Source of the DNA: Nemertoderma westbladi | Lineage: Eukaryota; Animalia; Xenacoelomorpha | Direction: 5' to 3' | Length of the DNA: 64,000 nt | Assembly (NCBI GenBank): GCA_032718475.1 | Contig: JAUCBJ010009076.1 | Location: 1-64,000, forward strand | Part shown: positions 34,014 to 46,600 of the stretch, piece by piece | Numbering within the stretch: position 1 is the first letter of the stretch | Layout of the letters: each line of letters begins with the position of its first letter | The notes under the pieces: generated by a model | What the model was told of the DNA's origin: nothing | The model's database searches: none | What the model saw: only the letters and a program-made list of their open reading frames with translations | Position numbers and translations under genes: made by a program

Positions 34014-36358
34014 TCGGTTAATCAACCACATTTTATTGGTATTTTATTTTCATAAACTCAACAAATTATTTTTTTTTAATATTAAATTATTGCTACTAAG
34101 CTTTTATTTGTTATTTTTTTATGATTTACGAAATATGCCATGTGCCATCCGTCCAATCAAAAAAATTTTAGTTCGTATTTTGTCGTTCGCGACACCTTGT
34201 GGAGTGAATCAGAACTGTATGTGGTTCAGAAGCCATCTACTAAAACTAGCCACAGTTTAGTGATAGCTGTTCGCTACAATGTTTGCAGTTCTCGTAGATG
34301 GAGGTGGTTAGTGTCTACTGAACATTTTATGGCGTAATCAGCCAATCAGAATAGCTGATTGAAAATGTCTCGATGGATATTATAAAATTATTATCACTTA
34401 CTCCGCCACAATCTTCAATTGTCTCTTTTCTTCTTTTAAACCCTTTACCTGAATTTCTTGCCAACGAAGTTTCAGCGATAACTGAAAATAATAATACAGG
34501 AAGATACATACAGTATATACTGTACAATTACTATATTATACTTAGAGGGTTTGTGGGGGGGGGGGGGGGGTAATTTTGTTATCATATTGGACAAAAGGCT
34601 TCTCTATGGGGGGCAAGCTGTTTTGAAGCTTTGAAACATCATCATTTCAAATCATCATCACTGATCATTTATCAATTCAGTCAGAAATTGTCGAAGTAAA
34701 CCAAAAAAATGCAATTTATAGGGGCGATTCGGCCCTGCTTTGAATGTATCGATAGTTGAGTGAGCATTGGATTTTATACCATAAACCTTGCGCAGCATTC
34801 TCTTCAGCAGAAAGAGTCCAGTAGGTGCCGGCATAATGCAGCACATAGCTATAACATACTGCTGCGCAGAATAAACTTATATGTTAAGGGAATAATTTTA
34901 TTTCATAATGCACACGCTATTCGGAGGTCTTTGGCAGATCTCATTGGATACCCAGCAGGTTGGACTGTAAAAATTATCCTCAGAAAATAACGGTCAAGTT
35001 TTCCATTTAGTCCAAATAAAGGTTGCACGGTATAAATTGACAAATAAAAAATAATGCAATAGTTTCCAAAAAAAACATAATATTAATAATACTCACGCAA
35101 TAAATAGAAAACCATAAAAGAAATTGCCCAAATTACCATTTTAATTATACAAATATTTTACTATAGAGGATAAAATTTATTTTATAATAATATAAATATA
35201 AATTTTGATATGGAAAAAAAATATAATGTTAGCTAGTTTATATCCTTCACACCATATAATAGAAATTCAACTAAATATGTTTATTTTCCAGATGCATCGT
35301 GTTTGACTTTCTGTAGATAATAATATTTAGTAAATGTAGGCCGCCTTTGATAAATTGATGAAATAATAAAGTAATCAAGTGAGTTAATGGATTAACAAAT
35401 ATATTTTATACACTAAATATGCGTTCACTAAGCACATATGGCCGGATTACATCCCTTTTCCAAAATTCCAGCCGCAGAATTAGCTATTTTATGTCACTTT
35501 ATAATGTAATATACGATCAATTTCGTGGATAAATTTAATTCCCCAGAGGAAAATTAGTTATGTTACAGAGTAGCAAAGTTCTTTGGTCTGGTGACAGTTG
35601 GGGCCTTTACCCATAGTCATTAATCAACAGGGATTTGTAGGGAGATGGCCACTTAATTGTCCTTCGGGGATCCAAACTCTCTCTCTCGACCCAAATGAAT
35701 TGCTTTACCAGTAATCCGTTTCTGCTTTAGCGTTGTATGGTGGTCGTAAAACCTCCACCCATATGATAGCCCACGCTCTATAGTTAAACTTCTCAATCAA
35801 CGACACACTTACGTTTTACAAAATTACAATAATTAAATGAAAATTAAACATGAAATTAGTTTGTATAAGAACAGGAATGAACTTCGGCATATCACGTGCC
35901 TGATTTCTAATGAATCATCTGCACGTGTTTACATAGCGGGGCTCCAAACTAATACATTTTCTATAAACGATATAGTGTTGTGAAGAGGGAATTTCAAATT
36001 TAGCGACCCGTACGTAACGCATACGCTGTTAAAAAGATCGTAGTCCCCAAAGGCATGGTGTATAGTGTGGTGAGGCAAGCGCTCTTTCCCCACTACCATA
36101 AGTCAGTCAGTATAGCTGAAATGCTGAGGAGATATGACTGTATACTTTTACGACGACGTATTTACGACGACGACAGACGGGTCCACTAATTAACCCCTAA
36201 GCTATAAGGGTCACCTTGACTTACGTGGTTCGCCCTAAATAATCCAACCAATTATTGTTAGAGTCCTAATGTTGCAATGGCGTATGGATAAATACACAAC
36301 AAAGGTGCAATAGGTAGATATTATATTGATTTGATTGTTTGATTACAGTTTAGTTATT

Positions 36359-36403
36359 ACTAGCAAACCAGCCAGGCGCGCGAAGCGCGCCTGGCTTGCT
36401 AGT
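36359..36403. other. GC-rich hairpin followed by CTAGT, resembling a Helitron-type 3' terminus
   Basis: GCCAGGCGCGC-GAA-GCGCGCCTGGC (11-bp stem) inside ACTAGCAA...TTGCTAGT. Confidence 0.45.
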
Positions 36404-38042
36404 CTACAGTAGTATCTATTATACTATAGGTACTACTGTGGATGCTCTCATATTTAGTTTATTAAAATTTTTGATTTTATCAAATAAAAGTATTAAATAT
36501 ACCCCCCGCCCCATCCCAACGCCTTGATAGTGTAGTATAAATGTAGTGCACAATACAATATAATAAAAAATAGTACAGTTTAATTATATCAATACACAGG
36601 ACGGTGTTGACTCCCCCCCAACTTGTTGTTTTATGTCTTACACCCTTGGAGTTTTATAGGCAATATACTGGTAACATTGCATGGCAGTGTATTTATATAC
36701 CGAGCGAGCGCAGCGAGGAAAGTTTACATAAATTCACGAGGCCCATAAACGCTGAATAATACCAGTTTAGCACGATTGTACGAAATTTCGTTACATTATG
36801 TATATTTATCGTGGTTCAAAAGAGTTAATTATTAAAATTAATATTGCAATGATAAATATTGATAAAATATATTTCTTTCATCCGCCAAACCTATACCCTA
36901 TTCATCATTGCCCACCCGCACCTTTCACATCCCCACTAACCTTTAACTAATTGTTACACGGTTATGGAAGGGGGGGGGGGGGGGTATTTAATTTTTGAGG
37001 CCCTTCAAAATTCACAGCCCGCATCCCAAAATTCCTTAATCCAGCACTGTTAGCCATAGCAAGCAACATCAATAACGTAATGGCTTTTGTATACTTATAA
37101 ACCGCCAGTAGGCATAAGCTTCTTAAAGATGAATCGTAATGGGACTTTCCAAATATTTTTGCAATCGTGCCTGACTCATTTTTCACTTTTGGTGAAAGTA
37201 TATTTTTCAAATAAAATAACATAGTATGTTTGTCTGTCGGTTGACGGTGTAGCGTTTACACCGCCCTCAAAATTATATCTGTAAGTTGAAATTGAAAATC
37301 TTCTGGAGTTTATGATAGGAATTCACTGCTTGATGGGCTGGAAAGATGTATCAGAAATATTTATCTGCAATTCCCTTGTGTAGGTCGGTCTCATCTCAAA
37401 GTATAATCCCAACCTTTCTTCAAGAATTACGATGGGTAGGTAGGTAAAAAATTTCTGCATATCATTGCTGATTCGCATGCTGTCGTTAAAATATAGGCAG
37501 CTAATTCACATTAATCTCGCTCGCTTGACGATACCATATGGCAAAGAAGGTAATCGGTTTGCCTTAGGCTATAGCTTCTACGGAGTCAGTACGCCAAACA
37601 TACTCACTCCATGAGCAGGGATTGCACACCTGATCCTTCGTTACCTAACATTTTTAGTTAGGCATTAATTTATTTTAGTGCAATGCGTTACCAATCACAA
37701 CCTCCCTCATTATTAGCCATGCTATTCAGAGGATGCATAACCAATAGAATCAGCTCGTGTTCTTCAACTTCTGGGTTTCTACCAATAGAATCGAAGTAGT
37801 AGAAAATATGAATAATATCTTATTTGAAGACACTTTATCACTGGCATTTGAAGAAGTACAGTACCAATAATTGTACTATTTGTTTTAGTTAATAACGTAG
37901 AAGTACTTGCATTATGTCTTACGTTTTATAATTATAACTTTTAGCATATTATTTTTATGGTTGGTTAAAGGAAATCCTTGGGGATGGATATCAATCGTTT
38001 AAAAATAATACTTATAAAGTATCCAAGCACGTTGAATCTACA

Positions 38043-38621
38043 GTAGGACAATTCCGACCCGGACAATTCCGACCCGGACAATTCCGATCAGGACATTTCC
38101 GACCCGGACAATTCCAACCCATACCAAGATCGAATGACATTTTCATGGGTCGGAATTGTCCTAGGTCGGAATTGTCCGGGTCGGAATTGTCCGGATCCAA
38201 AAAATAAAAATAATTAATAGAAATTACCTGTAATCAATAACAAAAATCTGTGTTCCAGAACACTAATATTTTTCTTAATTGATAGCTAATATGTTTTAGA
38301 ACATTTTCAAAAAACGTAGCAAAGACTAGCTAGTATTAAAAATTCGGACGGGGTATGCCCAAAACACACTATAACCGAATATATTCAATTCGAAAAATAA
38401 TATTCAACTATAAAATTACATAGCAAACGTTCTAGAACGAAAAATTTCCATGGACACGGCTATCTTAAAATATGTTGAATAATAAAACAATGTAATGTTA
38501 AATAAAATTATTATTTATTATTATTATTTTTTTTAATTATTTGGGTCGGAATTTTCCTATGCTGGATTCGGACAATTCAGACCCGGACAATTCCGACCCA
38601 TGAAAATTTCATTCGATCTTG
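38043..38621. mobile_element. Related MITE-like modules with GGACAATTCCGACCC repeats (38043-38198 and partial 38542-38621)
   Basis: Same architecture as 33447-34013 (GGATCC and TAGGACAATT ends) with one base changed in the unit. Confidence 0.65.
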
Positions 38622-39655
38622 ATTGCATAAAGTAATGGAGACCAGATAAAGAGTCTTGATCTTTGTATTATACGACCTTTAAAGATCAAATTAAAAGTTA
38701 TAAACCTCGTATTACGAAGGTCAAGACCAAATAAGCATAAAAGTTAATTTTTAAATTTTTCCCAATCATTTGAGGGCAAGTTAATCTGTTTGATACAATA
38801 TTTTTCAGAATGGCAGTATGCTAAATATGCCATAATCACCTCCGTATCTCAGTTTCTTATTATAGAATCTGTAGACCTTGGTTGCAATTTGGGCGAATTA
38901 TTACAGTTTTTGTAACTTGGTTATCTAATAAATGGTTCACTTTCAGGTTCAGTTTCATTGTTACTCATCTAGAGTTGTATATTATACATTTCATTGGATG
39001 TATAGCTGTAATGGTAGGCCTGGAGGGTTCTCTCTAAAGATGTATTGTGCTACATAACAACCCACATTTAACCTCATCATTTCAGTTTGAAGCAATTAAC
39101 CATGTGGTTCTGTAAGATTGTATAACACGGACTCTAATAAATTGTAGACTTAGTTGAATCATAATATATGTACATAAGGTAATTGATCATTTTCAGATTA
39201 AAAGTAATATTCGTATGTTTAAAGTGCGACAAAAAATTCGAGTAAAAAAATTCTGCGGTGCAAATGTTGCAAATTGCTTCGATAAAATAGAACTCGGCTT
39301 AATGAACGCCTTGAAATAAAGTAAATTTAAAGCAGTGGGGCTACTGGGTGATATTTAACTTAATTTAATCAATGTGTCGCAAAGACAGAAAAACTTTAAA
39401 CCTAGAAACTTCAATTCCAAAACGAAAATTATTTTAATAATTTGTTGTTTTAGTAAAGTACACGTATTTCTCACGGGTTAGAATTGTTATACTGTACAAT
39501 GTTCTCAGACTAGCTTTCGCTCACTCATTTATATCGAATAATATTATTAAAACGATTGGGCTAAATTCTAAATCTTTATCAAATATTAATAGTATGATTA
39601 CATACTATACTATGTATATTATACTAATTTCTATGTACTAAAATATCAAACAAGC

Positions 39656-39868
39656 ATGAGAAAACTGCCCTTTGGAAACTCTGTAGCGCACGTGAAAACC
39701 GCGAAGAGATCAACAATTCACAATACATCAAGAATTCCTCATAAAATAAATCAAATGGTTTCTAATTCAACTCTAGAAGACTGTGAATCACCCGCAGGGG
39801 GAAGCCATGTTTGGGAGCAAATTGGCATCGGAGCGGGAAAACGAACTCTTAGGAAAACTATTAATCAG
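39656..39868 (+). CDS. NHLH1: Probable first coding exon of the NSCL/HEN1 bHLH gene
   Basis: ATG-initiated 71 codons ending at CAG|GTAACT, phase 0, matching the phase-0 acceptor at 40457. The sequence itself is not recognisably conserved. Confidence 0.55.
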
Positions 39869-40456
39869 GTAACTTACAGTTTACAATAAATCGTTAAACT
39901 TATACTTAAGCGAGATTCTTATCTTGTCTGGGTGGAATTCTTTATTCAACAAAGCAACTTGAGTGTGGTTTAAAAAGTAATTAAATTAATTAAATGATTA
40001 ATAAAGTAATTAACAATACAAAAACATAAACAAATAATGTAGTGGAAATTGGTGTACAATGTAGAGTAGTGTATTCTGCTTTAGTACACAACAGTAATAA
40101 AAAGTAACTAGCAGTAACTAAATCAGACTACATTTAGTTAGTTCAACCGCTTTTCACCTGGAGAAGAGTGAATTATGCAGAGAGTGGAGGGAGGGGGTGA
40201 TATTCAAAATGCAAACCTCTTCCGCGGAAAATCGACGCAAATAACAGCGGGTTACTCCCACAAATTATTAATATGTGCTATTGACTTTCGTTTATTGTTT
40301 TGGTTATAATAAAGTGCCACTGTATCTCAAATTTTGATTGCGTCTATAGTCTCCCCTCCCGTATCTGCAGCCCCGGCCCCAGGGTTGACAACCAACCTTC
40401 TCCTTCTTAAATCCGACATTTTGAGAGAATCTACAGTATATCTCATTCCTGTTTAG

Positions 40457-40705
40457 GAGAACGATTTCCCCGAAGTGGAGGTATTGAGCCGAGAGGAGCG
40501 GCGACGCCGACGACGTGCTACAGCGAAGTACCGGACCGCCCACGCGTCGCGGGAACGGATACGGGTGGAGGCGTTTAACGTTGCGTTCGCTGAACTCCGT
40601 CGTCTGTTACCAACGCTACCACCCGATAAGAAACTATCCAAAATAGAGATCCTGCGATTGGGAATATGCTATATATCGTATCTACAGTACGTACTGGACA
40701 GATGA
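40457..40705 (+). CDS. NHLH1: NSCL/HEN1-family bHLH transcription factor (NHLH1/2, HLH4C co-ortholog), bHLH exon
   Basis: [65 protein letters not shown] is nearly identical to the NSCL bHLH. Acceptor TTCCTGTTTAG at 40456. Confidence 0.95.
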   Translation, partial: ENDFPEVEVLSREERRRRRRATAKYRTAHASRERIRVEAFNVAFAELRRLLPTLPPDKKLSKIEILRLGICYISYLQYVLDR

Positions 40706-41008
40706 TCAGCAAATATCTGACGAATAACAGTAGAGCTATTACTACTTAATGTCATATTGTTGTTATTGGACACGCTGTTACTCTAATACTGCTATTATTG
40801 AACACAATCATGACCTACTATAGACGAAGACCTACTTTTACAGACTATGTAATTATTGTGTTCATTACATTACATTTAATTTAATAATATAATGTAATTT
40901 AAATGCACTGTATAGTCCATGTTTTCCTGATCTCAATGTTAACATTGCCCACGAGTGCACAACTACTTCATTACTGTGATTGCTATTATGAATTACTGTC
41001 AAATTAAA

Positions 41009-43211
41009 GGCGGGGTAGCTCAGTTGGTTGAGAGCCGGGCCTACAATCTAGTGGTTGTAGGTTCAGCCCCGTCAGGGTGCACTCAGCCTTTCATCCACTG
41101 GGGTCGATAAAATGAGTACCAGTTATATTAATGGGAGCAAATCTTGGGATAGGAGTAGCGCCCACCCCTAACCTTCGGGTAGCAGATAGGAGTAGCGCCC
41201 ATTCCTACCTTCGGGTAGCAGATAGGAGTAGCGCCCACCCATACCTTCTGGTAGCAGATAAGAGAAGCGCCCACCCCTACCTTCGGGTAGAAGATACGAG
41301 TGGCGCCCACTCCTACCTTCGGGTAGCAGAAAAGAGTAGCGCCCATCCCTAACCTTTGGGTAGCAGATAGGAGTAGCGCCCACCCCTACCTTCTGGTAGC
41401 AGATAAGAGTAGCGCCCACCCCTACCTTCGGGTAGCAGATAATAGTAGAGCCCACACCTACTTTTGGGTAGCAGATTGGAGTAGCGCCCACCCCTACCTT
41501 CGGGTAGCAGATAGGAGTAGCGGCCACCCCTACCCTCGGGTAGCAGATAGGAGTAGCGCCCACTCCTACCTTCGGGTAGCAGAGTAGAGCCCACCCCTAC
41601 CCTCGGGTAGCAGATATGAGTAGCGCCCACCCCAACCCTCGGGTAGCAGATAGGAGTAGCGCCCACCCCTACCTTCGGATAGCAGATACGAGTAGCGCCC
41701 ACTCCTACCTTCGGGTAGGAGATAGGAGTAGCGCCCACCCATACCTTCTGGTAGCAGATAAGAGAAGCGCCCACCCCTACCTTCGGGTAGAAGATACGAG
41801 TAGCGCCCACTCCTATCTTCGGGTAGCAGATACGAGTAGCGCCCACTCCTACCTTCGGGTAGGAGATAGGAGTAGCGCCCACCCCTACCTTCGGGTAGCA
41901 GATAGGAGTAGCGCCCACCCCTACCTTCGGGTACCAGATAGGAGTAGCGCCCACCCCTACCCTCGGGTACCAGATAGGAGTAGCGCCCACCCCTACCTTC
42001 GGGTAGCAGATAGGAGTAGCGCCCACCCCTACCTCCGGGTACCAGATAGGTGTAGCGCCCACCCCTACCCTCGGGTACCAGATAGGAGTAGCACCCACCC
42101 CTACCTTCGGGTAGAAGATAGGAGTAGCGCCCACCCCTACCTTCGGGTACCAGATAGGAGTAGCGGCCACCCCTACCCTCGGGTAGCAGATAGGAGTAGC
42201 GCCCACTCCTACCTTCGGGTAGCAGATAAGAGTAGAGCCCACACCTACCCTCGGGTAGCAGATATGAGTAGCGCCCACCCCAACCCTCGGGTAGCAGATA
42301 GGAGTAGCGCCCACCCCTACCTTCGGATAGCAGATACGAGTAGCGCCCACTCCTATCTTCGGGTAGCAGATAAGAGAAGCGCCCACCCCTAACTTCGGGT
42401 AGAAGATACGAGTAGCGCCCACTCCTATCTTCGGGTAGCAGATATGAGTAGCGCCCACTCCTACCTTCGGGTAGGAGATAGGAGTAGCGCCCACCCCTAC
42501 CTTCGGGTAGCAGATAGGAGTAGCGCCCACCCCTACCTTCGGGTACCAGATAGGAGTAGCGCCCACCCCTACCCTCGGGTACCAGATAGGAGTAGCGCCC
42601 ACCCCTACCTTCGGGTAGCAGATAGGAGTAGCGCCCACCCCTACCTCCGGGTACCAGATAGGAGTAGCGCCCACCCCTACCCTCGGGTACCAGATAGGAG
42701 TAGCGCCCACCCCTACCTTCGGGTAGAAGATAGGAGTAGCGCCCACCCCTACCTTCGGGTACCAGATAGGAGTAGAGGCCACCCCTACCCTCGGGTAGCA
42801 GATAGGAGTAGCGCCCACTCCTACCTTCGGGTAGCAGATAAGAGTAGAGCCCACACCTACCCTCGGGTAGCAGATATGAGTAGCGCCCACCCCAACCCTC
42901 GGGTAGCAGATAGGAGTAGCGCCCACCCCTACCTTCGGATAGCAGATACGAGTAGCGCCCACTCCTACCTTCGGGTAGGAGATAGGAGTAGCGCCCACCC
43001 CTACCTTCGGGTAGCAGATAGGAGTAGCGCCCACCCCTACCTTCGGGTAGCAGATAGGAGTAGCGCCCACCCCTACCTTCTGGTAGCAGATAAGAGAAGC
43101 GCCCACCCCTACCTTCGGGTAGGAGATAGGAGTAGCGCCCACCCCTACATTCGGGTAGCAGCCATCGAAAGTGGAGCCTCCGGCCTCGGCCAACTGTTTG
43201 ATTGCTTGCTT
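41009..43211 (+). mobile_element. tRNA-derived SINE with conserved central domain and LINE-like 3' tail, expanded by an internal array
   Basis: A-box TAGCTCAGTTGG, B-box GGTTCAGCCC, core ACTCAGCCTTTCATCC..GGTCGATAAAATGAGTACCAG. The tail resumes after the array (GCCATCGAAAGTGGAGCC...GCCAACT) and ends in (TTGC)n. Confidence 0.7.
41148..43160 (+). repeat. 36-bp tandem array (~56 copies), most units carrying hairpin CTACC-TTCG-GGTAG
   Basis: Unit GATAGGAGTAGCGCCCACCCCTACCTTCGGGTAGCA. Confidence 0.96.
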
Positions 43212-43605
43212 GCTATTATTGGACGCGCTATTATTGGACGCGCTATTATTGGGCGCGCTATTATTGGACGCGCTATTATTGGACGCGCTATTATTGGACG
43301 CGCTATTATTGGACGCGCTATTATTGGACGCGCTATTATTGGACGCGCTATTATTGGACGCGCTATTATTGGACGCGCTATTATTGGACGCGCTATTATT
43401 GGAAGCGCTATTATTGGACGCGCTATTATTGGACGCGCTATTATTGGACGCGCTATTATTGGACGCGCTATTATTGGACGCGCTATTATTGGACGCGCTA
43501 TTATTGGACGCGCTATTATTGGACGCGCTATTATTGGAAGCGCTATTATTGGACGCGCTATTATTGGACGCGCTATTATTGGACGCGCTATTATTGGAAG
43601 CGCTA
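43212..43605. repeat. 15-bp tandem array (~26 copies) GCTATTATTGGACGC
   Basis: Read directly; very homogeneous. Confidence 0.97.
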
Positions 43606-46600
43606 ATAATAATAATCAGAGCGCATGGAGGCGCATCATCCGGACAAGCCGGCATTTATTTGTGGAATTTAAAAGGGAAGTACAAAATAAAATCAAATAG
43701 CAGAAGTATATAAAATAGCACTGTTAGTAAAATAATTGATATGACATTTGAGAATAATTAAAACAGACTGCTACTACTAAGCCATTCATAATAAAAGAAT
43801 AAAATCCGGATCATCTAAAAGAGCTATGCTCATAAGTTCAGGTAAAATTACTGATTGTATTCGGTTCATTAAAGACTCAATAATTACGAGTTATAGTTCG
43901 TACACGATAAATCAAAATAGGATACGATCCAGCAATCACGTCACCCTAACTTTATTTATCCAGTTAAAATATTGTTCTATCCTATGATGACGCGTTTTGA
44001 AAGGCAACGACTGCGAATAGCACTGCAAAATAAAATCGCGGTCGGATTCCTCCGCCATTGTGAGTGCTGCAGGTTCTAAAAGCTTATATAGTGAGCATTT
44101 ACTATATTTATAGCACAAAATTGAGCTCAAACTGGGGATAGCATACTTTTGAGAACATTTTTCAAAAACTGAGCCCAGTCCTACATAAAGGTTATTTGTT
44201 GTCCCAGACAGGTTAGCCTGTAATGCGATACGCAGGATGGACTGTAATAAAACATTTGGGCACTTATTTACTCTGGTTAATGTTCCGACACAAAGTTTAT
44301 ACATTTCCACACTAAAATCGTTGCATCCGAGTAATGCAAGGGTTACGTTGTTGCTTGAATAAGGACCCACGAAAAGTAAACCTCGCAGAGTCTTTCGGTA
44401 ATAAGAGTCAAGTTCAGCGATTTCTTTTGAACATAGCGAACCAATAAGATACCGCGATGAGTAGGATATGGTTGGTACAGCTATGGACCGCCACAGGTAT
44501 CCCAGTGTGCTGCAATCGAGCCAGCGCGCATTCCACCCATTTCGATGAAATAAATCCGACATTATGGCTATCGAGCGGATGCAATCCTGGAGGCTGTTGC
44601 GACGTGGATGTACAATGGGGAAGCCCAAAAAGGTCATGTCATCTGATCGTGGAACTAATGTTCCATTGATGCACATAAATGTAGGGACATTCTCACATGA
44701 ATAATCATTACCATAGCAGGACCACTTTGTTTTGCTCATCTCAATCTCCAGTTTCACTTTATTCATTTCAATGCTGAAAATATCAGCGGCCAATGTCAGT
44801 TCGGTGACAGATGTTGCAGTGAGCAGTATATCATCAGCATATGCTATGATGCCCAGCCAAATGAGCCCAACGATGGACCCAAATCCGTTTAAGCTTAGGA
44901 TATCCAGAACATCCTTCATATAAAGAAGAAACAGTAAAGGTGACAACAGTGACCCCTGCTTGACTCCACGTACCAGGTTGATCCCACAAACATCTATCTC
45001 GTCGGCAACCTTGAGAAAGGCACAAGTAGATTCATAATACGCTAGTAGAACTAGGCAGATGTAAGGGTTTATTATCTCCTTTAGTTTACTGAACAGTAGA
45101 ACAAAGTCGAGGCTACCAAATGCACCAGAAATGTCCATTTGACAAAGGAAGACATTGGTGCCAGTTCTGCGCTGGGACTCTAAGAATTCTAGAATAGTGC
45201 TGATAATTAGATCTGCCCCCAGCTTTTTCTGGTAAGCGAGTTGCTGTTGTGGAATAAAATCCATCAAGGAGAAATATTCGTGTAGAATCACAGATTCCAA
45301 TATCTTCCCGAAAATGCAGACTGTAGCAATTGGTCTATATGACTTTGACACATTGATGTTGCGGCCTTTTCCTTTATATATATGTGTCAAAATGGTTTCC
45401 CCCATGAATTCCGGTGTATGACCAGTTCTAAAACAAGCATTGATTAAATCCGCAAGAGCAGAGCTAATGATTTGTGCGTCAAGGGACAGAAAGTGTTCTA
45501 CGGAGAGGGAATGATTGTCAGGTGACTTCCCCTTGGCCAGCGATGATATAGCACTCTGAACAGCTAAAGGTGAAACTGTTGGCACAAATGAGTCTGCACA
45601 TTGTTGTCTAAGTTCGCTCTTTAGTTGATCTATGGAGGAAGAATAGTCACTACTCTTTTGATGGTTATTTCTGAGATCCTGTCTAATAGCATTCACAGCT
45701 GTTTGAGGCAGTTTATCGGAACGCTGTTTCGAATTGAAGTGCTGCCAGAACTTTCTCGGATTTGATTTAAAAGTGCTCGCAATATGTGAGGTTTCGTTTT
45801 TCACCATAGATTTTGTTACCCAGTTCTTTAGACGCCGCAGAGAGCGCTTCGACTCTTTCAGTGCGTTGCCATGGATACTGTTGGTTGGCTTCCCCTCGCA
45901 GACCCATAAATTGTATAGTTGTTGACAGACCTTCGATCTTTCTTTAATTTCCATTGACCTGATCCTTAGATTTTTTGTTTTCCTCCTGCCCTTCGAAGTG
46001 AGCAGGTACCTTGAGGAAGCATTATGCAGATTATTTCGTAGGGTCATTGCAAACTTATCTATGTTGTTGACAGACCACTGTGCTGGTGGGATACCAACTT
46101 CGGCGTATAGATTATTTAGACACTCTGACACATTGTTTCGATACCTAGAAAGTTGTTGTTTATTTACCCTCGTCCACTGTATGCGAGCTGGAGCAGATCT
46201 AGATTTAATTCTGTCCGCTGATTCTACATGATTTGAACATAACCTGGAGAGATCGACAGTAGCAACTACTGGAACGTGATCAGAGAAGTTTGCGGGGTTT
46301 GTTTTGTAAACACAACCATTAACAACATTGGACATGACTTCTGAAGTGCTAAGAATGTGGTCAATGTATGAAGAGCCATGACCTTTAAATGTGACTGTTG
46401 GACCGTCGAAGGGGCTGTAGGTGTCTAGGGCCAGTAAGCCCTGCTCCTGTAGGAATTGATGAAGTCGAATCCCCCGAGCAGTCGCCTTTTCTCTATTCCA
46501 ACGCGGACCCTGGAGAGCACCCAGATCAGAGTTGAAATCGGAGAGGATAAATGGTGTTGCATGTTGATTAATATCCAAAATATTTGAGAGCCTGCCAAGG

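Noticed and set aside
41009-41080. Possible tRNA gene
   Set aside because: The acceptor and T stems are imperfect and it runs straight into a SINE core, so it is treated as a SINE head. The weaker A/B-box match at ~16945-17000 is likewise unsupported.
41128-43713. 768-aa and other long ORFs over the 36-bp and 15-bp arrays
   Set aside because: They are open only because unit lengths are multiples of 3, with no domain content.
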